From Tubiluchus corallicola (lineage: Eukaryota > Animalia > Priapulida): a DNA stretch of 64,000 nt. The notes beneath the pieces were generated by a model. The model did no database searches and was not told the origin of the DNA. It worked only from the letters and a program-made list of their open reading frames with translations. The stretch spans positions 496,001-560,000 of the forward strand of contig JAQGDQ010000008.1 of assembly GCA_030141605.1 (NCBI GenBank), in the 5' to 3' direction. Position numbers and translations under genes: made by a program. Positions 53,611-64,000 of the stretch are shown one piece after another (within the stretch, counting starts at the first letter, position 1; the number at the start of each line of letters is the position of its first letter).

Positions 53611-56600
53611 TTATACATAGGATTTCGTCAGCACTATTGTATGGTCAAATCCGCAAGCAATCTTTCGTACTTCTGAACCTATAACGACCTGTACAAAAAT
53701 GGAAATTTACATTAATGCAATTTTGATAATTTCTGTATGCTAGCAATAACTTTTAAGGTATCATATATTACAACAGTATTTTTCATACAAGTTAGATTGA
53801 AATTGATGCAGAATTTGAGGTCTGACATAAATTTCTTTTATAGGCAAACGAGTTAATAGTGCAGCCTGACAACCGCATTTTTTTCTTTTCATTTAATTTA
53901 GCACCCTGCAAGTTCGAATCAAGCATTCAGTGACAAGGCTTACTATACATGGTTGTAGCAGGAATTGGTGTAATTCATTATCAGTGCTAATCCTCTAAGC
54001 TGGCACACTGAACTAATTGTGGTGCCTCATTCAGATGTGAATATGTGCTCTGCTCGACGAGATAAACAGCTAGAATCACTATGGTGAATGAAATTGCTTA
54101 GAGCAAATACGCAACCAGACCCTTCCACTCACTGGCCTCATACAGTGGCCAACAGAAGTGAGACAATGCTGAGTTTAGGCAGTAAGTAGTTGGGGGATCA
54201 CCACGAAACCTGTCTGGGAACAATTTCATCTGCTAATTTGCCTCCGGCTACTTCACAAAGATGTAGCTGAGACATCTCTGGGCAAATCAGTGTCTCATCT
54301 CACATGCTTGTCAACTAGTTGAATTAATAATGAGCTAGGTTTCTGCTCTGTCATAGTTGGCCACATCCACAAAGTTCTTGATTCTAGCTTCAGAATGCCA
54401 AACTATAAAAAAATATGTTGTTTCTCTAACTGCAATATAATTAATAGTAGTGATTGTATGAGCCTGTAAACTTACTAAAATAGTTAGTTTTACTAAAATT
54501 TCACATTTGACTATTTCCAAACATACCTTAAAAGGAAAAAAGTAATCTCTTTTATTTCCTAATCCCAGTGCTGCGGTTTTATTAAGACCCCATGTATATA
54601 AGTCACCTTTATCTAAAATAATAAAAATACAATGAGCTATACTACCCTAAGCTGATATCCAATTTTTCCTAAATGTTAGTAACAAAACGGGTCAACTGAA
54701 AAAAATGAATGTTACCCGAAGCTGTCTCATTCTTCAAGCGCTCATTGCACTGACACCAACATGCAGTTTCTCACAGCTTTTTGTTTTAAGGTCGTTTGAA
54801 GCTATTTGTTCATAATTGCATCAAATGCAAAATGTGTAAAAACAAAACTTTTTAACGTGGAATTCGTACAGTGTAATACAGTGAAATCAATGTAGCTAAA
54901 AAAACTACTTGTTATAGCAGCCAGGTATGCATGCCCTGCAACCACTCGGTTCACTGCAGCATCTGGATTTAATTCATTCCGTCCAAACAATACCTCGGGA
55001 ATTTGAGTAGGAGTTTGCGATAAAGTTGTTTTTGGTCCTTTTCCAAGTAGTCCAAATCCCCATGTGAAGACCTGTCCCTTATCTGCCAAGAACAGTTATG
55101 ATTATCTCTTAACTCTGGTAATCACACTTTACTCAAATTTCATACAAGATAGTGGCTTGCAGCGATTGCATAGTAAAAACTCTATACAAGTGGTGTGTAA
55201 TAAGTTAAATTATATAAATATCCATATGTTTATACTTTATCGTTTTTCATTTTATTTCCTTGGCACTGATTGCAGCTTCTGTTTACCTATATAGTTAATT
55301 TTCATTTGAAAATTATACGTACGTACTATTAACAACTGCACATAGACTTCTGCTTACTGCACAATGCTTGGCATGACCGACATTAGACATTTTCAAGTAT
55401 GTAGGGGTCTTGAACTGTGAAGAAAAAAATCTAGATAGTAAAGACAGTAAAGTTAAGCCTTTCCTCACGTATTTTCTTGATGACTAATACTGTATGTAAA
55501 ATCACTTGCCATTGCAACAGATCTCACGTAAATGCCTTCTTGCTTAGGACTTTTTGCCGTGACATACAATAAACAAAATGGCAGTCTAATTCATTAATCA
55601 CTACGGGACAACTTTGGAAGGCACAGCAACGCAATATTACACATATTAGGGTACTTTTTGAACTTAGCTTGTTAGAGTTAACCTTCGATAATTATCTATT
55701 CCATACACAATTAATTTGGCCTCAGTCTCAGTTTAACCTTTGGGCAAGCTGGAATTCAGCATTCAATGGAAGGCATGCTTCAGGCACATGGTTGTGGTAG
55801 GAATGGATCAGACTCGTTATCAAGGCAAATCCCCACAGATGAGACACTAAACCGGCAGAGGCTGAGCTGGTTAAAACCTATCTAAGTAAAAGACCTGGCA
55901 TCCCCAAGTAACAAAGCAAAGTTTATCTTTACTATTCTGTAATTAAAAATAATGTGCTGAGGGTTTACCGTTGACTTATCCAGTAAACATGGAAGTTGGT
56001 AATACTGGGAGTTTCCGCAACCAAATATATCTCCCTTATCTATAAAAACACAGAAACAAGAAAAATAATGTGCTTTACAGCAAATGGAACACAACACTGT
56101 TAAAAGAAGTACAACGTTTTTTCAACGTGGAAAACTTATATAAATGTAGTAAATTAGTTATATGTTATTCACCAGTTTTAAGTATTTCCTTGTCATATTC
56201 CATTTACTCAGAATTTGCTTCGTTTCATTGTAGGTAGCCTAATGTTACATCACTACAAATTTATTACAATTCAAAATAAAAAAGTAATATACTTTGCAAT
56301 ATAGTAGTATACTTTGAAAGATTACAAATAAAAAAATTTGAAAATACCATTAGTCGCAAGAAGGCAGTCATGCGATGAAGCTATGGTCACAATCTTCTCT
56401 CCGTGGATGTCTCCTTTTAACAATGTTGGCACACATGCACCGCTAACTTCACCTAAACCTTTAACAAGAAATGTTAGCTACTAGCTACTTTACCAGATTA
56501 TTTCAGCATCACAAAGTGGCTAAGAAACTTTCAGCGCAGAATGGCCAAAAAATCACCAAACATGCCCAAAAGAAATTTAACTATTGATTTTTTAATTTCT

Positions 56601-59600
56601 TAACATTTATTGTCACAAACGCAGTCTTAGAATCTCACTTTGTTTTAACTCACAATGACATCAAAATGTTCTAACACTTATTAGGCATTCATACCATACA
56701 AAGTTGCTGTACTACTTATTTCAGTATATTTGGATTTGGAAAACAAAATTGTGCAACTAAATATGGGTTTGTATTCTGCAAAAATAATCGCACATCTGTA
56801 AGGAAATATCCTTGCTCAGTTTACTCTTATGTGCACCAAAGTTTTATTTTGTTATCATGGAAGTTTGCAAACAAATGTACTCCAAGTGTAATATTTAATA
56901 TATCTAGATAACACTTACATGGGCCGGAGCCGCAGCCGTACACTTGTCCTTGCTCGGTTAGAAATACCGAATGATCTTCCCTGCATAACACGTGAATCAC
57001 ATTCTCTGGTAAGTCTCTTACTTTATGCACGGTGGGATTAGAACTAAAATGCAAAAATCTTACAATTTATGCAAGTAGAAGGTATTAAAATTATTACACC
57101 TTTGATAGAGACTTTTGACAAAAGGTTACGTTCAAGCAAAAATGAATCCGGACTTTTAAATTTTATTTAACCGCAAATCTACACACATATTTGAAAAGTG
57201 TCGCTTCAAATCCTGAGGTTATTTATGGCATTACAGGAAATTCTGCTATGTTGCCAATAAGATATTACTTGTTTTACATGTTTATGTACAAAAAAGAGAA
57301 ATGTTCCTTATTTTAAGCAGAATTAAACATTAGAAGTTAATATTTTGTAATTATTCAGGCTTGAAATCATTTCATTAACTCAATATCGGACTACGTCTTA
57401 CAAAGCTGGTTCAGCGCATGACGATTATGCATCTAACTTAAAAACAGATGAACTGGTAATGTTCATCCTGCTAACTACTATTAATTAATTAATCGTTAAT
57501 GTTTATTATAATAGTTTCTAGCTTTCCATTTTTCTGCTGATAATGATTGCACAAGTACACTTCTGGTGTCTAATGATTTTAACTTATCTTCAGATGTGAC
57601 ACTGCTAGCCGTCATGTTAAAGATACCACACATACAGTATCTCACAGCAAAATCCATCATGTGCACCATGAATACCTGCAGGATGCAGCATGTACTTCTG
57701 ACTTTGGACAATGTGGCAAATTCTATCCACCGTACTATCTTCATTAGAATGCTTGGCAATTTATATGTACAACAGTTATCAAAACACCCTGATCAAGGCT
57801 TTCACAAAAGTCAAAATGAAATGCAGCTAAAAATGTCAAACAAAGGACTAAGTTCCAAGGTAACCATGGCAGGAAGTGTTGGGAGTGTAGACAATCACGA
57901 AACTGTGGTAAGAAACAAAGCAGATGTGCGAACTACATATGAACATTATTTGCAAAACATGCTAAACATAAGAAATACTGATGCAAACCAAATTCGCAAG
58001 ACAATTCCAAAGATTGTTAATATTCCATATGCTAGATTAGCTGCCACAATGAACAAGTTGCAGGAATTGGGGTTTTGCAAAGAAGAGATAATAAGGAGAC
58101 CACCTGTTTTAATGTTGAGTGCAGACTCAATACAGAGCAGAACTGTTGCATTTCAAGATATGGGACAGAATCCTGTCACTGTTGATATGCTGGTTTACTA
58201 CAAAAATATTACTTTTGACACTGGAGCACACAAGAAGTATTTAAATAATCTCAATGTATTCCACAACAGCGTGGAAACACTAGGGTGTAGCCAAGACTTT
58301 GTGGATGGTATCTTGCAGAAGTATCCTGGTATCCAGAGTTCTTCAGTGCTGACAATTCGCAAAGTGTTGAAACAAGAATACACACGCATGAGATTAAATA
58401 TAGCTGATGAAGAGGATATTCCAATGGGGATTACCACAATCAACCTATCAACTCTTCGAGAAAGATTAAACTTCTTGCTAAATAATGTGAAGTACAGCGA
58501 CGAGAAAATCATCAGGAATCCTACTTTGTTAAAAACTAATGTAGAGCTCGCAAAACAGAACATAAATGCTCTTTCAGAATTCTTCGGATTAGATGCACGC
58601 GTGATAATAAGAAAGTTTCCACTGCTCTGTGCAATTCAGACCAATACCATAACAACTACTCTTGAACTTCTGACTAATGCGGGCATGACAAAAGAGCAGA
58701 TATTGTCATCGATAAACATTTTAACCCTGTCACCAAAGACCGTAAAGAAAAGGCTGGAAAAGCTGCCTAAAATCCCAACGCTTCACCTTTTGAGGCATGA
58801 TCGCACATTTGTGAAACTGGTATTTTACTTCAAAAAAGTGGTACGAAGACTCCGACAGTTGCGTGACCTAAAATATCCATATATATCTACCACACTTCTT
58901 TATACATCAGAAAACAACTATCTGCAGATGATTAGAAAGGGATGGAATATTGGTGCATTTCGGCAATCTGTCTTACATATAATGAGTAAGTGTCCAGGAA
59001 CAGAAGAAAGGGTGATAACAGACACACTGAGATTCCAGACACGCCATGTGCGCTTAGTTAACATTTTTAACACGAGTGACGTCATGGAATTCTTATTTTC
59101 CAAAGGAGTGACTGAAGAACAATTTTTGTCAGCTGTTGGAATTGTGCAGTATGACTTACAGCTGGTAAAATCTCACTATGAAGCTATGACTGAGATGAAG
59201 GAACTGCAGCCATTTGAATCACTGTGGCAGCACCATCCTAATTTGATTCACCTTTTGATATATTATATCGAAAAAGACATGGGTTATCTGGAACTGGAGC
59301 ATTCAAAGTTTGAATATTTCACACCAGCATATGCCAAGATCGCAGACGCAAGCAAAGAACTAGATTTTGTAGATAATGACCAAGAGACTGAAGAAGATTT
59401 TCAAGAGGAAGATTTTGAACCAATGGATTTATCCCCAGAAGACTGGTACAGTTAGAAAACTGATCGATGTACATCGAACCTTGATTCAGCATGACACAAT
59501 CAGCATGTGAATCACTGTGCTGCATTTGTAAAACCTCAACATTTCAACATCCAACTACTATTCAGTTGCTAAAACATTGAGTACGAATATAGATGATGCT

Positions 59601-62600
59601 AATTGTGGCAATAATTGGTGGCCATTAAGTTTACTACAATTATATTAATTTTATTCTTTTTAATGTAAGACTATTCTAGACAATAGTTTCAGTAACATAC
59701 TGTTTGTGTTTCTATCAAAGAATTTGTGACTGATTTTCCACACATTCATTTGTTATCGTTTAAGTGAAATAAAATTGATGTATAAACCAATATAACATAT
59801 ATGCAATACATATATAAAGTTAACCATGCTAAAGAAACACGAAACAACATATCACCTATATTTTTCTCCTTCAACAACTGGACGGCCACACTGCCCAAAT
59901 TTATTGCTGCCAAGGCTGAAAGCTCCTTCTTTGTCTGTAAGTACGATAGTGTGGGATCGCCCACAAGCTGCTTCAGTAACCTTTGTCTGCTGGTCTATCA
60001 GTGGCAGTTCTATGGGTCCTGGCTGTGCTAGCAACTGTAAACTTATACCTAAACAATTATAGTTCCGTGAAGTAAGACAACCAAAATCCGCTGATTACAT
60101 TTCAAAAGACTGTGATGTTTGTCAATCTTTATCGATGTTTAGAGGATTCGTTCTATAAGCTTATAATGTAGTATGCTTTTGCATATTTTTTAGGAATCCG
60201 AATTCATGTAACTTCACTATAAAGATCACCTGGATCACCTGTAAGATTTTGAGATCCTGTAAGACACACTAGATATTTACAGTAAAGCAGTGTTAAACTT
60301 ATACACTAGACACAAAATGAAATTAGCTTTTCTACTTCTCTACTGTCCAAAAATTTTACTTTAAATAATTACAAATAAAATTTAAGAATTGAAATACCAA
60401 ACAAATTTAACATATATGCCAGTGTATAACAGTCATAATTGGTTCTACATCTATTCGCACTGTGATTTTGATTAATAACAGATTCTTCATAAAGTAATAT
60501 TTCAACAAACAAAATTTATTCTCAAAGTAATGCAAAAACTCGTCAATGAAGCAAAACAGAAAGTTTGTCACAGTTAAAACAATGTTAAACAGGAAATCGT
60601 TAAACTAGGATTTACTGTACATCGTATATGCAGTATTATTACTAAAGCATTGTTATTCAGAATTTTGCAAGTCTAGACTTTCATCTGCTCTGTTGGAGTT
60701 ACTAAAACTGATATACAGTACACATAGTTATCTGAAGAAATCCACTTAAGGAATAATAGTGTGCTTACCCGAACCTTTCCGTGTTTCATGGAAGCCTATT
60801 TGGGACTCTGTATTGAGACCTGTGCCAAATAACTTATACTGAGTTTGGGGTGCACGGGGAATAAATACTGTGAAACCATATCCACAGGCAACATCAGAGA
60901 TCTGGAAAAAACATGCATTTGCAATTGTATCACAGCAATGCCTATTCACACAGGTCACATTACAGTGAGGGTCACTAACATGTATCTTTTGCTGGTCATT
61001 TCATGTCAATCGTTCTGTAAATAAACTCTGATAATTGCTCTATAAAGGACAGTTTGTATTGTTTAGGAAACAATTTGATGATATACATTTTGTTATGCAG
61101 TTGTGCCATAATGAATGTTTTTTAAGACTTAGACTTAACAGAAACTTGTAGTATCTTAGGGAGGTGCTGCCATCTTTTGGTTGTTTGGCTGTAAAATTAA
61201 TTTACCTATTTCTTAAGCTGTTTACTGTACTATCTATTTACATACCATTTACTGGGTTTCAACTAAAGTTAATGAGGTGTAACAGGAGTCCTGGCTATTG
61301 TATGTTGGGCAGTAGTAGTTCAGGTTTCATAGTCTGCTGGTGAAGTTCAAATTTCAAATTTCATAATGTAGTTTGTCAAGGTATGTTTGCTTCAAATTAT
61401 ATTTTTGTGGTTTTTTTATTTGCTAAACTGAGGTTAGTGCTTTAAATTTAATTTTTGTTGTAGTGTGTTAAACCTAAGTGAATTATTAAGTTCTAAATGT
61501 TGCTTTTTACTTTTATTATTTCAGACTGCAATTTATGTTGAAACCCACCCCCCCTCTACACCGGTTTCACTTCTACTTTTTTTTTGATACTAAAGGAAAT
61601 CAACCTGTACCAAAGTGTTCATCATTTTATTGGTTATGGGTTACAACATGCAGACAGGCAAACTGGACAAAACACCCCATTATTTATGGACCAGCCAGTT
61701 AATGAAAACGTAAAAGCCAATGGTATTAATGGACCGAAAGAGCATTTGATGCGTAATTCAACAACTTCTTTTGACACTGCCTGTCAAACTTGCGGCAATA
61801 CCACTATCTTGCTAGAAACTGTTTCTGTACCACATTAGTCACATTTCAATTTTTGCAACCGGTAAAATAAATTTCAAATGTTTTCTGGCCTCAGTCCTAG
61901 TGATATCATTCAACTAGTCGTTTCAGCAGCTTTCATACTACTGATGTGTCTTAATGTACATGCATGGATGCATGGCATAGTTTTCAAATTCTCAATAACA
62001 TCATGTCACATTTATCGATCCACCCATTCGGCCCACCTGCTGGATAACTCAGCCCGCCTGCTAGAAGTAACAAGGTTCTATCATCCACTCAAACATGACT
62101 ATCATGTTGCAAATTTCAACAACTTGGTGAAGAAGGAAACAAATTTCTCCAAATTTTATTTTTGGCCTTCAATCACCTTTCCAAGGTCAAAGTGTGGCCC
62201 TCTGCAAGCTACGATCCAGCACTCATTGGCAGAGCCTACTCAAAATACATGTAGATGGGTAATGCTTAAAGAGAACCTATTTTTTGCCAAAAGTAACCGT
62301 CTATAATGAGTCTGGATTGGCAGAATTGTCTCAGCCAAGTTCAGCTGCTCTCTCAATATGCAAGAGTGGCACACTAAATAAAACCCTCACATAGCCAGTC
62401 ACCCTCCATTTATAAACCAGGCTTGATGTGGATTAACTTCGATTACTACAAATACAATAATCACTCAGCTCTTCCGTCAACCTATAGAAAAATCATGCAC
62501 CAAGATAGCAGTAACATATATCCAATAACTTCTCACCTTTAAGGCAAACATGACCTTTTAATAAATCTTTCAAAAGCTATGAGAGGTATTATCAGTCCCT

Positions 62601-63189
62601 TCATGGGTAGAAAAATGAAAAGCCTTGAAGTTAGAAGCACAAAAGTAGCAAGCACTTATGAAATTTATAACTAGGAACTGTTACCACTAAGTTTTTAACC
62701 CTTACATACAATGAATAATAAACCTGCATATAACATGGTAACTACCAAAATTAGACTATTAGTAAATTCAGAAACGAAACCTGCAAATGAATTGAGTTTT
62801 GAAATGCATACAGACAATAGCATACTTACAGGATATTTGTCTGCAAACTTCAAGCGATAGGGCTTTGTCTGGCATATCCTTGGCTTAGTTCGGGTGCCGC
62901 GATCAGGTTTTACAAACTGTTTCACACCAAGTGCACCAGTATGTGCTATGCCCCATACGTAAATACGATCGACTCTTTTGCTGTCTGCTCCCACATACTG
63001 ATATATAGGCATCTCATCAATGCTAAAGGGCTCTAATTTCTTTCTGACACTTGTCACAGTTGTAGAGAAACAATTGCTTATACATGGGAGAGTTTTGTGC
63101 AGCCAGTAAGACATTAAGAGCAGCTTATTTTGCTCAGCATAGAGGTTCTGGTTTTTAGCTACAATCCGGCACAGCTGGTTTACCATCAT
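53611..63189 (-). CDS. RCC1L: RCC1-like mitochondrial protein (WBSCR16), 10 coding exons
   Basis: Minus-strand exons 62830-63189, 60769-60901, 59856-60048, 56919-57043, 56348-56458, 55969-56039, 55327-55414, 54909-55082, 54527-54612, 53611-53688 (TAA), all GT-AG and in phase. Motifs: RIYVWGIAHTGALG, VACGYGFT, GLNTESQIG, ACGRSHT, FTWGFGLLGKGP, LFGRNELNP, ACGFDHTIVLTKSYV*. Confidence 0.92.
53900..54030 (+). mobile_element. tRNA-derived SINE copy
   Basis: B-box-like caagttcgaatc followed by atggttgtagcagga…ttatcagtgctaatcctc, shared with the other copies. Confidence 0.5.
55745..55870 (+). mobile_element. SINE copy with Deu/Nin-domain-like motif
   Basis: atggttgtggtaggaatggatc…ttatcaaggcaaatccccacaGATGAGACactAAACCG resembles the recalled Deu/Nin core GATGAGACGTTAAACCG. 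Confidence 0.5.
57614..59455 (+). CDS. mTERF-family mitochondrial protein (mTTF/mTERF5-like), intronless, nested antisense in RCC1L intron 3
   Basis: 613-aa open frame with repeated mTERF-type modules (LQELGFCKEEIIRRPPVL, YSDEKIIRNPTLL, VIIRKFPLL, LTNAGMTKEQILSSINIL, FLFSKGVTEEQF). The N-terminus lacks acidic residues, consistent with mitochondrial targeting. The ATG at 57614 (gccgtcATG) follows an acceptor at 57592-57593; the ORF track's start at 57566 is a GTG upstream of that acceptor. Subfamily assignment is tentative. Confidence 0.8.
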   Translation: MLKIPHIQYLTAKSIMCTMNTCRMQHVLLTLDNVANSIHRTIFIRMLGNLYVQQLSKHPDQGFHKSQNEMQLKMSNKGLSSKVTMAGSVGSVDNHETVVRNKADVRTTYEHYLQNMLNIRNTDANQIRKTIPKIVNIPYARLAATMNKLQELGFCKEEIIRRPPVLMLSADSIQSRTVAFQDMGQNPVTVDMLVYYKNITFDTGAHKKYLNNLNVFHNSVETLGCSQDFVDGILQKYPGIQSSSVLTIRKVLKQEYTRMRLNIADEEDIPMGITTINLSTLRERLNFLLNNVKYSDEKIIRNPTLLKTNVELAKQNINALSEFFGLDARVIIRKFPLLCAIQTNTITTTLELLTNAGMTKEQILSSINILTLSPKTVKKRLEKLPKIPTLHLLRHDRTFVKLVFYFKKVVRRLRQLRDLKYPYISTTLLYTSENNYLQMIRKGWNIGAFRQSVLHIMSKCPGTEERVITDTLRFQTRHVRLVNIFNTSDVMEFLFSKGVTEEQFLSAVGIVQYDLQLVKSHYEAMTEMKELQPFESLWQHHPNLIHLLIYYIEKDMGYLELEHSKFEYFTPAYAKIADASKELDFVDNDQETEEDFQEEDFEPMDLSPEDWYS

Positions 63190-64000
63190 GGTTGCTTGGT
63201 CCTTCAATTACATACTATAGCACATTAACGAATGAATGATTCAACTGTTCTACATGTCATGCTGTTCTTTCTGACTACATTACATTCCCAGGCACTATTC
63301 CAGTCCTGCAAAAGCAGTAATATCCTGAATAAGAGATAAGTTAGTGAACTTTTTGCATCCATACTTAAGAAACCTTGTTACAATTTAGCACATGGTGTTA
63401 TTATCTTAATGGTATACATATATCAGATGGCGCAGAAAACATGTTTAGATTACAATAACATTAGAAGCAATTGAAATTTCACAGCATGACACAACAGTAT
63501 ATTAACTTTTGGCTGTGAAAGATACAAGTTTATCCCTTTGGTAGTTTTTAAGTTATGGCTTGTCTTGCTTGTTATAAATTTAAACGCTGGAGCAATGTCA
63601 GCTAATCATCAATTGAAAAATAGCCGCATCTCCATATTTAAAACACTCAGTACACATAGCAGCAAAATAATAAAGAATTCAACCAGTTTATATTATGCTC
63701 TTCACAACAGAAAATAAAGTACTGACAAAGCCTTGTTGTCAAGAAAAAATGAAACCTATGGTTTCTCTTTCTTGAGAAACTGTACGATGACCACACAAAG
63801 CCGCTTGATGTAGAGAAACTAAAGGCAAAAAGTGCTAAACACTGGGACTAAATACCCCTTACGTAAGTAAAAAACTATGTCAGCTGTTGGAAGAAAAGCG
63901 TTTGTCTAGTTTGTAGTGAAAATGGTCGTCACATAAACAGTTGCTGTAATTTTAACAATAGTGATCAAACTTATTCCAGCACTTATTTTTTCACTTGTTG

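Noticed and set aside
61584-62306. 84- and 142-aa ORFs in RCC1L intron 1
   Set aside because: No recognisable domains or exon structure; adjacent to SINE-like debris.

Overview
AT-rich, intron-rich animal (invertebrate-like) genomic DNA, so most entries in the ORF track are spurious. Seven protein-coding genes were reconstructed by hand from GT-AG splice sites and protein similarity. They are: UBA2/SAE2 (+, 5'-truncated, 16 exons), DDX1 (+, 25 coding exons), casein kinase 1 delta/epsilon (-, intronless CDS), a GH1 beta-glucosidase with a 10-aa N-terminal repeat (+, intronless), EXOSC3/RRP40 (+, intronless), RCC1L/WBSCR16 (-, 10 coding exons), and an mTERF-like gene (+, intronless) nested antisense in an RCC1L intron. 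Mobile DNA includes a decayed CR1-group LINE, two shorter LINE remnants, a TTAA-flanked Kolobok-like element, pogo- and hAT-like MITEs and a SINE family. Two inverted copies of a ~1 kb element with 149-bp internal repeats bracket DDX1+CK1. A solo LTR has an exact 5-bp TSD and a perfect heat-shock element upstream of its TATA box. The main hypotheses are a run of intronless ORFs each preceded by a splice acceptor (shared leader, retroposition or trans-spliced operon), the nested mitochondrial gene pair, and the possibly heat-inducible LTR inside DDX1. No databases were searched; identities and comparisons to human proteins come from recalled family sequences.
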